DNA from: Naegleria gruberi
Taxonomy: Eukaryota
Assembly: GCA_000004985.1 (NCBI GenBank)
Contig: GG739058.1
Strand: one strand, 5' to 3'
Length of the DNA stretch: 8,656 bases
The first letter of the stretch is position 1; the number at the start of each line of letters is the position of its first letter. The position numbers were made by a program, and so were the translations under genes. The notes below the pieces were generated by a model, which was not told where the DNA came from, did not search any database, and saw nothing but the letters and a program-made list of their open reading frames with translations. Positions 1 to 7,513 of this stretch are shown in pieces.

Positions 1-252
1 TACCTCTGTTGATAAGCCAGCTCCGAGAGCAACTTGTCTAGTAGGATTTTGTCCCAGACCAGCCTGTAAAACAGATCCCATAATTACCTCTTCAACTTGT
101 CCTAATGAAAGATTGGATCTCTGAATGGCTTCCTTGAGTGCAACGGAACCAATTTTTATGGCAGAGAGTGATGAGAGGCTTCCTCCATTAGATCCGATTG
201 GTGTTCTAACAAAGGAAACAATATAGGCTCCTTGATCTCTTAGTATTTGCAT
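1..252 (-). CDS. Acetyl-CoA C-acetyltransferase (acetoacetyl-CoA thiolase, ERG10/ACAT type), N-terminal 84 codons; gene continues beyond the window start
   Basis: Hand translation of the reverse strand from the ATG at 252..250 gives MQILRDQGAYIVSFVRTPIGSNGGSLSSLSAIKIGSVALKEAIQRSNLSLGQVEEVIMGSVLQAGLGQNPTRQVALGAGLSTEV with no stop. This matches the conserved thiolase N-terminus (xIVSxxRTPIGSFxGSLSS ... LGxxAlKxA ... NVLQAGxGQxPxRQxALxAGL). The reading frame stays open to position 1. No presequence is present, so it looks like the cytosolic ERG10-like form. Confidence 0.85.
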   Translation of the reverse strand, partial: MQILRDQGAYIVSFVRTPIGSNGGSLSSLSAIKIGSVALKEAIQRSNLSLGQVEEVIMGSVLQAGLGQNPTRQVALGAGLSTEV

Positions 253-308
253 TTTTTTATTTTAAACAATTTAAAACCAATTCAAAAATTAGATAAATAA
301 ATTCAATC

Positions 309-397
309 TATTTTAAAATAATTAAACATCTCTAAGGTCGTTCTGATAAAAGAGACATTAAAGCTACAATTTATTATTTTAAAATAATTAAATATCT
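309..397. repeat. Two copies of a 23-24 nt direct repeat, tattttaaaataattaaa[c/t]atct, at 309-331 and 375-397 (period 66 nt). They lie in the 200-bp spacer between the biotin-ligase stop and the thiolase start.
   Basis: Read directly from the sequence: 23 of 24 positions are identical. The spacer must hold both the ligase 3' UTR and poly(A) signals and the thiolase core promoter. Confidence 0.6.
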
Positions 398-452
398 ATT
401 TATTGATTGACTAAGACTACTATTTACATTCTTAAAAGAGATTTTTTTGAAA

Positions 453-1313
453 TTATTCTAATGGTCGAATGGAAACTTCTTCAGCAATCATTTCCTTGAC
501 ACCTGTTCCATCTTTCATTTCAACCATCAAGTTACCAAACTTGGAAATACCAACAGCTTTGGCAGTATATGATGGTGATTTATCTGATGGTGATATGGTA
601 ATATCCTTTCCAATAAGAATATCATGTGATTTGTACAGAGTAATTACATCCTTTTGTGAAAATGCCAATAAGTTTTCCAAAGTATTACACAATTGAGCAA
701 GAAATTTTTCTCTATCTACACTCTTATTAGTAGCATCAAGGAATGAAATGGCAACATTTGGAAGAGCATTTTCACCTTGGGTAAGTGATGTACTCTTGAA
801 TGAACTATTGAGATTAATTCCAATTCCTGCCAATGCAAATAAAGTTTCTCCAGATTGTACACTATCAATTAACATTCCACTAATTTTAGATGGAAGTGAA
901 TCCTTTTCGTTTGGAATGACCCAAACATCATTTGGCCATTTAATTCCACAATTTTCCAATCCTTCATCTCTCAAAGTAATAGTAATTGCCAAAGGAATTG
1001 CCAAATTAAGTTTTATCAATTCCTGTGCATTATCCAATCTAACATGAAATACAATAGTAAAATACAAATTCTTTCCCTTCCCTGCACTACTCCATTCTCT
1101 ACCTCTCCTTCCCCTTCCTTTGGTTTGTTCCTCTGCCAAGATGAGTGTTCCAGTCAAACAACCCTCCTCAGCCTCTCTCCTTCCAATGTCCATTGTTGTT
1201 TCCACTTGATTCCGATACACGATCGATCGTCCTATATAACTTGTTTTTAGTAATTCTTGAAAACGTTTAATACAAAATAGAGAGTCTTTGGTATTGGCGT
1301 AGATTTGTTCCAT
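453..1313 (-). CDS. Biotin--[acetyl-CoA-carboxylase] ligase / biotin-protein ligase (BirA catalytic-domain type, 286 aa, no DNA-binding N-domain). Coordinates include the stop codon.
   Basis: The track ORF contains the diagnostic biotin-protein-ligase motif ...EQTKGRGRRGREWSSAGKGKNLYFTIV (BirA family GRGRRGRxWxSP) and the KWPNDVWV motif (BirA KWPNDLY). A C-terminal SH3-like region follows (...SHDILIGKDITI...). Start context is aaaaaaaATGG; stop TAA is at 453-455. Confidence 0.88.
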   Translation of the reverse strand: MEQIYANTKDSLFCIKRFQELLKTSYIGRSIVYRNQVETTMDIGRREAEEGCLTGTLILAEEQTKGRGRRGREWSSAGKGKNLYFTIVFHVRLDNAQELIKLNLAIPLAITITLRDEGLENCGIKWPNDVWVIPNEKDSLPSKISGMLIDSVQSGETLFALAGIGINLNSSFKSTSLTQGENALPNVAISFLDATNKSVDREKFLAQLCNTLENLLAFSQKDVITLYKSHDILIGKDITISPSDKSPSYTAKAVGISKFGNLMVEMKDGTGVKEMIAEEVSIRPLE

Positions 1314-1678
1314 TTTTTTTAAATATTCAATTTAAATATTATTTAATACCGATTGATTTAATAATATATAATAATAATAATATTTTAAATATATTGAAAA
1401 TGTAAATAATGGATTAATCATTCCAATTAATTTGGAGAGATTTTACCTGTTATTGATGATGCTGATAATGCTTGAATAGTACAATTCCGAACAGTAGAAA
1501 ATGTTCTTCTATTCATTTTCATATTATTATTTTGGAAATGATGATTTAATTCTCCTCTGAATTTTAAAGATTTGAAATAATTCATTTTTTCTTAATTTCG
1601 TCTTTAAAAAAATACAACAACTGTTTGAGGGAAACAGTTAGCGTCTTTGGCTAGAGGCCAGGTGCTAGCAGCACAGAG

Positions 1679-1811
1679 GTTGATCAACTACCAAAACTTG
1701 AGCATCGGGTTTAGAAGTCAGAGCAAATCGCGTACTCATATTAGCATGGAGGGTAATATAGTACAACTACCTTACGGTTCAAAGGTTTAAAGTAGATTTG
1801 GGTTGATCAAC
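1679..1811. repeat. Two copies of the perfect 10-bp palindrome GTTGATCAAC (1679-1688 and 1802-1811, each preceded by G), 123 bp apart. They sit inside an ORF-free, relatively GC-balanced noncoding island (about 1620-2230) that starts with the hairpin ctgttt-gaggg-aaacag (1621-1637).
   Basis: Read directly. Stops are dense in all six frames across 1560-2326 and the track shows no ORF there. Base composition differs from the flanking AT-rich spacers. Confidence 0.5.
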
Positions 1812-2326
1812 ATGGGCAAAAATAAAATAGCTAAGGTAATAGGAGAAGTGGAGAGTAATGATTTAATTATGAAAAGAATTTGAATGTATTGTAAAACGAA
1901 AACACATTGGTTCGTTGATATTGGTGAAGAATTAATTATTAGCATAAGACAGAATGTTCCATCCATTCCGCTCGGTGTCGTTGAGCAGGCACATAGAAGA
2001 CTTCCTGGTTAACTCTTATAACATCTTTATTAAGTGTATTCCTATTTATGGATAATCAAAAGGTTTAGTTTCGTTCCAAATCAAGCTTGAAGGCTAGGCG
2101 ATAACTCCAATGTCTCTACAAAAGTCCCCTTCATTTTAAATAATGATGTATCTGTGAAAGAAGCGCTGCTTCCTGCGAACTGTTTACAATTGGAGATCAT
2201 TGACTTCACGTCTTTGAAGCAGGAATCTGAATAGATTCGTATTGTAAACGTAATAAAACATTACCAGATTTTTTTTCTTAATTTCATGTAAATTTCATCA
2301 TCAACAAGAGAGAATAGTGCAAAGAT

Positions 2327-2723
2327 TTATTGTTGTTGAATTGACTTTTCCTTATCTCTATTGAGTAATTCTAACACATTGTGTGTTACCCAACTATTTG
2401 TCGGTATCTGCAATGGTTCTGCATACTTGTCCATTAAAATTTCATCTCCCTCTTTGAATTTTTCAATAAAGAGTGATTTTCTCTTTTCACTCTTGATGGA
2501 TTTGTAAGTATTGTTGGAGATGTGTAATTCATTAGTAATTCCAGTCATTTCCATTAGTTGAGCAATTTTAACATCAGACCCAAAGAGATCGTACGTTCTC
2601 TTCACTTTACCAACGACAGCTGCAATGACATCACCTCCTATTGAGGTGTGAATTCCAACTCTAACTTGTAAACTATTTCCTGTTGATTCTGAAAATTGAT
2701 TCACTGTTGTAATCATTAAAAGA
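2327..2723 (-). CDS. Class III nucleotidyl (adenylyl/guanylyl) cyclase catalytic domain, C-terminal fragment with a ~70-aa tail and stop. The 5' portion of the gene lies in the assembly gap. Coordinates include the stop.
   Basis: Interpretable translation: ...QFSESTGNSLQVRVGIHTSIGGDVIAAVVGKVKRTYDLFGSDVKIAQLMEMTGITNELHISNNTY... It aligns to the cyclase-homology-domain core (MRVGIHSGxVxxGVvGxxKxxYDvWGxxVNxAxxMESxG...IxVSxxTY). Stop TAA is at 2327-2329. Upstream sequence is N from 2724. Confidence 0.8.
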
Positions 2724-5700
2724 NNNNNNNNNNNNNNNNNNNNNNNNNNNNNNNNNNNNNNNNNNNNNNNNNNNNNNNNNNNNNNNNNNNNNNNNNNNNN
2801 NNNNNNNNNNNNNNNNNNNNNNNNNNNNNNNNNNNNNNNNNNNNNNNNNNNNNNNNNNNNNNNNNNNNNNNNNNNNNNNNNNNNNNNNNNNNNNNNNNNN
2901 NNNNNNNNNNNNNNNNNNNNNNNNNNNNNNNNNNNNNNNNNNNNNNNNNNNNNNNNNNNNNNNNNNNNNNNNNNNNNNNNNNNNNNNNNNNNNNNNNNNN
3001 NNNNNNNNNNNNNNNNNNNNNNNNNNNNNNNNNNNNNNNNNNNNNNNNNNNNNNNNNNNNNNNNNNNNNNNNNNNNNNNNNNNNNNNNNNNNNNNNNNNN
3101 NNNNNNNNNNNNNNNNNNNNNNNNNNNNNNNNNNNNNNNNNNNNNNNNNNNNNNNNNNNNNNNNNNNNNNNNNNNNNNNNNNNNNNNNNNNNNNNNNNNN
3201 NNNNNNNNNNNNNNNNNNNNNNNNNNNNNNNNNNNNNNNNNNNNNNNNNNNNNNNNNNNNNNNNNNNNNNNNNNNNNNNNNNNNNNNNNNNNNNNNNNNN
3301 NNNNNNNNNNNNNNNNNNNNNNNNNNNNNNNNNNNNNNNNNNNNNNNNNNNNNNNNNNNNNNNNNNNNNNNNNNNNNNNNNNNNNNNNNNNNNNNNNNNN
3401 NNNNNNNNNNNNNNNNNNNNNNNNNNNNNNNNNNNNNNNNNNNNNNNNNNNNNNNNNNNNNNNNNNNNNNNNNNNNNNNNNNNNNNNNNNNNNNNNNNNN
3501 NNNNNNNNNNNNNNNNNNNNNNNNNNNNNNNNNNNNNNNNNNNNNNNNNNNNNNNNNNNNNNNNNNNNNNNNNNNNNNNNNNNNNNNNNNNNNNNNNNNN
3601 NNNNNNNNNNNNNNNNNNNNNNNNNNNNNNNNNNNNNNNNNNNNNNNNNNNNNNNNNNNNNNNNNNNNNNNNNNNNNNNNNNNNNNNNNNNNNNNNNNNN
3701 NNNNNNNNNNNNNNNNNNNNNNNNNNNNNNNNNNNNNNNNNNNNNNNNNNNNNNNNNNNNNNNNNNNNNNNNNNNNNNNNNNNNNNNNNNNNNNNNNNNN
3801 NNNNNNNNNNNNNNNNNNNNNNNNNNNNNNNNNNNNNNNNNNNNNNNNNNNNNNNNNNNNNNNNNNNNNNNNNNNNNNNNNNNNNNNNNNNNNNNNNNNN
3901 NNNNNNNNNNNNNNNNNNNNNNNNNNNNNNNNNNNNNNNNNNNNNNNNNNNNNNNNNNNNNNNNNNNNNNNNNNNNNNNNNNNNNNNNNNNNNNNNNNNN
4001 NNNNNNNNNNNNNNNNNNNNNNNNNNNNNNNNNNNNNNNNNNNNNNNNNNNNNNNNNNNNNNNNNNNNNNNNNNNNNNNNNNNNNNNNNNNNNNNNNNNN
4101 NNNNNNNNNNNNNNNNNNNNNNNNNNNNNNNNNNNNNNNNNNNNNNNNNNNNNNNNNNNNNNNNNNNNNNNNNNNNNNNNNNNNNNNNNNNNNNNNNNNN
4201 NNNNNNNNNNNNNNNNNNNNNNNNNNNNNNNNNNNNNNNNNNNNNNNNNNNNNNNNNNNNNNNNNNNNNNNNNNNNNNNNNNNNNNNNNNNNNNNNNNNN
4301 NNNNNNNNNNNNNNNNNNNNNNNNNNNNNNNNNNNNNNNNNNNNNNNNNNNNNNNNNNNNNNNNNNNNNNNNNNNNNNNNNNNNNNNNNNNNNNNNNNNN
4401 NNNNNNNNNNNNNNNNNNNNNNNNNNNNNNNNNNNNNNNNNNNNNNNNNNNNNNNNNNNNNNNNNNNNNNNNNNNNNNNNNNNNNNNNNNNNNNNNNNNN
4501 NNNNNNNNNNNNNNNNNNNNNNNNNNNNNNNNNNNNNNNNNNNNNNNNNNNNNNNNNNNNNNNNNNNNNNNNNNNNNNNNNNNNNNNNNNNNNNNNNNNN
4601 NNNNNNNNNNNNNNNNNNNNNNNNNNNNNNNNNNNNNNNNNNNNNNNNNNNNNNNNNNNNNNNNNNNNNNNNNNNNNNNNNNNNNNNNNNNNNNNNNNNN
4701 NNNNNNNNNNNNNNNNNNNNNNNNNNNNNNNNNNNNNNNNNNNNNNNNNNNNNNNNNNNNNNNNNNNNNNNNNNNNNNNNNNNNNNNNNNNNNNNNNNNN
4801 NNNNNNNNNNNNNNNNNNNNNNNNNNNNNNNNNNNNNNNNNNNNNNNNNNNNNNNNNNNNNNNNNNNNNNNNNNNNNNNNNNNNNNNNNNNNNNNNNNNN
4901 NNNNNNNNNNNNNNNNNNNNNNNNNNNNNNNNNNNNNNNNNNNNNNNNNNNNNNNNNNNNNNNNNNNNNNNNNNNNNNNNNNNNNNNNNNNNNNNNNNNN
5001 NNNNNNNNNNNNNNNNNNNNNNNNNNNNNNNNNNNNNNNNNNNNNNNNNNNNNNNNNNNNNNNNNNNNNNNNNNNNNNNNNNNNNNNNNNNNNNNNNNNN
5101 NNNNNNNNNNNNNNNNNNNNNNNNNNNNNNNNNNNNNNNNNNNNNNNNNNNNNNNNNNNNNNNNNNNNNNNNNNNNNNNNNNNNNNNNNNNNNNNNNNNN
5201 NNNNNNNNNNNNNNNNNNNNNNNNNNNNNNNNNNNNNNNNNNNNNNNNNNNNNNNNNNNNNNNNNNNNNNNNNNNNNNNNNNNNNNNNNNNNNNNNNNNN
5301 NNNNNNNNNNNNNNNNNNNNNNNNNNNNNNNNNNNNNNNNNNNNNNNNNNNNNNNNNNNNNNNNNNNNNNNNNNNNNNNNNNNNNNNNNNNNNNNNNNNN
5401 NNNNNNNNNNNNNNNNNNNNNNNNNNNNNNNNNNNNNNNNNNNNNNNNNNNNNNNNNNNNNNNNNNNNNNNNNNNNNNNNNNNNNNNNNNNNNNNNNNNN
5501 NNNNNNNNNNNNNNNNNNNNNNNNNNNNNNNNNNNNNNNNNNNNNNNNNNNNNNNNNNNNNNNNNNNNNNNNNNNNNNNNNNNNNNNNNNNNNNNNNNNN
5601 NNNNNNNNNNNNNNNNNNNNNNNNNNNNNNNNNNNNNNNNNNNNNNNNNNNNNNNNNNNNNNNNNNNNNNNNNNNNNNNNNNNNNNNNNNNNNNNNNNNN

Positions 5701-6433
5701 NNNNNNNNNNNNNNNNNNNNNNNNNNNNNNNNNNNNNNNNNNNNNNNNNNNNNNNNNNNNNNNNNNNNNNNNNNNNNNNNNNNNNNNNNNNNNNNNNNNN
5801 NNNNNNNNNNNNNNNNNNNNNNNNNNNNNNNNNNNNNNNNNNNNNNNNNNNNNNNNNNNNNNNNNNNNNNNNNNNNNNNNNNNNNNNNNNNNNNNNNNNN
5901 NNNNNNNNNNNNNNNNNNNNNNNNNNNNNNNNNNNNNNNNNNNNNNNNNNNNNNNNNNNNNNNNNNNNNNNNNNNNNNNNNNNNNNNNNNNNNNNNNNNN
6001 NNNNNNNNNNNNNNNNNNNNNNNNNNNNNNNNNNNNNNNNNNNNNNNNNNNNNNNNNNNNNNNNNNNNNNNNNNNNNNNNNNNNNNNNNNNNNNNNNNNN
6101 NNNNNNNNNNNNNNNNNNNNNNNNNNNNNNNNNNNNNNNNNNNNNNNNNNNNNNNNNNNNNNNNNNNNNNNNNNNNNNNNNNNNNNNNNNNNNNNNNNNN
6201 NNNNNNNNNNNNNNNNNNNNNNNNNNNNNNNNNNNNNNNNNNNNNNNNNNNNNNNNNNNNNNNNNNNNNNNNNNNNNNNNNNNNNNNNNNNNNNNNNNNN
6301 NNNNNNNNNNNNNNNNNNNNNNNNNNNNNNNNNNNNNNNNNNNNNNNNNNNNNNNNNNNNNNNNNNNNNNNNNNNNNNNNNNNNNNNNNNNNNNNNNNNN
6401 NNNNNNNNNNNNNNNNNNNNNNNNNNNNNNNNN
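2724..6433. other. Assembly/scaffold gap: 3,710 consecutive N.
   Basis: Read directly. The 1,386-aa track ORF 2327..6487 is mostly X and arises from translating N. The real genes flanking the gap are the cyclase (-) and the kinase (+). Confidence 0.99.
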
Positions 6434-6471
6434 AATATACTTCATCTTCAAAAGTATCTCAAAATGATCCA

Positions 6472-6830
6472 ATGGATAGATATACAAATTTGGTAAAGAT
6501 TGGACAAGGTGGAAGTGTGTTTAAAGTGAATGACACTAAATGTAATAATGAAGTCAAAGCAATCAAAGTGGTTAGATTTGATAACCATGAAGATTTGAAC
6601 GTGACTATGAGAGAAGGAATTCAACTTTTAAAGATGAATCACCCAAATGTTCTCAAAGTGAATGATTTCTTTATTGGAAATGGTCAAATTCTATGTATTG
6701 ATATGACTTATTATGAGATGGGTGATTTGAATAGACTCATCACTGGATCCAAATTTTGTTCAGAACTGTTAATTGCTCAAATATTATTTCAATCTTGCAG
6801 TGCCTTGGATTATATTTTCATCAACTTTGG
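6472..6830 (+). CDS. Serine/threonine protein kinase, exon 1 (subdomains I-VIa). The first in-frame ATG after the gap was used. The frame is also open back to 6434, so the true start could lie in the gap.
   Basis: The Gly-loop IGQGGSVFKV and the catalytic Lys in VKAIKV are present. The exon ends at ttt gg|GTAAGT (donor at 6831), so the codon is split in phase 2. Confidence 0.8.
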
Positions 6831-6877
6831 GTAAGTTTAGAAACATATTAAAATATGTGGATTTAACACTAAATCAG

Positions 6878-7325
6878 AGTTATTCACAGAGATATTAAAC
6901 CTTCCAATATTTTCATTCAGAAAATGAATGATTCAGCCATTGACATTATCATTGCTGATTTTGGTTTGGCAAAAAACTCAAAACAATCAACCAGTTTTTC
7001 ATTAGCTGGAACTCCATTGTATATTTCACCAGAATTGTTGTGTGGAATTTCATGTGATCATAAAACTGATATATTCAGTTTGGGAGTTACTCTATACCAG
7101 ATTCTATCTCATGATACAACAACTTCCATCAATCAAATGTACATGTTAAAGGATTCTGAAACTGTCAAACAAATATTAAAGGAGAAGATTAGTTTACAGA
7201 TCTATTCATTAGAGTTGGTGGAGTTGGTGTTTAGCATGTTGGAGAAGGATCCAGAAAGACGACCAGATGCTGGTTCTATTTTAAAACATCACTACTTTTC
7301 ACAAAGAGGGTTGAATAACAATTAA
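6878..7325 (+). CDS. Serine/threonine protein kinase, exon 2 (subdomains VIb-XI, with stop). The intron is 6831..6877 (47 nt, GTAAGT...TTAAC...CAG).
   Basis: After splicing, gg+a gives Gly, and the exon continues VIHRDIKPSNIFIQ...IADFGLAK...GTPLYISPE...DIFSLGVTLYQIL...DPERRPDAG. These are the HRDxKPxN catalytic loop, DFG, the Ser/Thr-type activation and P+1 loop, and subdomain XI. Exon 1 (359 nt) plus exon 2 (445 nt to the stop) gives 804 nt, i.e. 268 codons exactly. In the exon-2 frame, a TAA at 6870-6872 closes the frame just upstream of the acceptor, as expected for an intron. Confidence 0.82.
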
Positions 7326-7513
7326 ACTTTTCATCTCAATTCTATATCGTTCATTTTGTAATATTGTTTTAATAAGTAACTTGAGGTATTAAGGTTTGCA
7401 CCTGACAGTGTTTTTCGGATAAAATGGTTATCAATTTTAAAAACAATAAGGTAAATGCAAACTTTGTGACAATCCCATTTACTGAAAATGAAATACTTTT
7501 AAGTTGACCACCA

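Noticed and set aside
469-1250. Plus-strand ORFs 469..696 (75 aa), 748..1047 (99 aa) and 1044..1250 (68 aa).
   Set aside because: All lie antisense within the strongly supported biotin-ligase CDS. They have no recognisable motifs. The last is low-complexity (PSPSPS), as expected from the reverse complement of a Gly/Arg/Glu-rich sense strand. These are shadow ORFs.
1534-1562. Box C/D-like words (aTGATGAtt ... CTGA) suggestive of a snoRNA.
   Set aside because: There is no second C'/D pair and no terminal stem. The segment also coincides with the AT-rich putative upstream exon region. Such words are expected by chance in AT-rich DNA.
1655-1760. U6 snRNA-like fragments: gtgct-agc-agcac stem, 'agcagcaca', 'ttagcatgg'.
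   Set aside because: U6 is nearly invariant across eukaryotes. The ACAGAGA box, AGC triad context and 3' region are absent here. The similarity is limited to two short words.
1905-1925. tRNA T-loop-like 'ggttcgttga'.
   Set aside because: No cloverleaf can be built around it: there is no matching T-stem, no acceptor stem and no anticodon arm at the right spacing.
2327-6487. The 1,386-aa minus-strand ORF in the track. Its apparent N-terminus is MYIYPLDHFEILLKMKYI, from 6434-6487.
   Set aside because: Over 90% of it is X from translating the N gap. The short N-terminal piece is the antisense of the kinase 5' region and has no independent support. Only the C-terminal cyclase fragment (2327-2723) is real.
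2327-7325. Reading the kinase and cyclase as one receptor-guanylyl-cyclase-type gene (kinase-homology domain followed by cyclase).
   Set aside because: The two domains are on opposite strands and transcribed away from each other. The kinase has intact catalytic residues, so it is not a kinase-homology pseudodomain. The cyclase has Asp rather than Cys at the guanine-specifying position.
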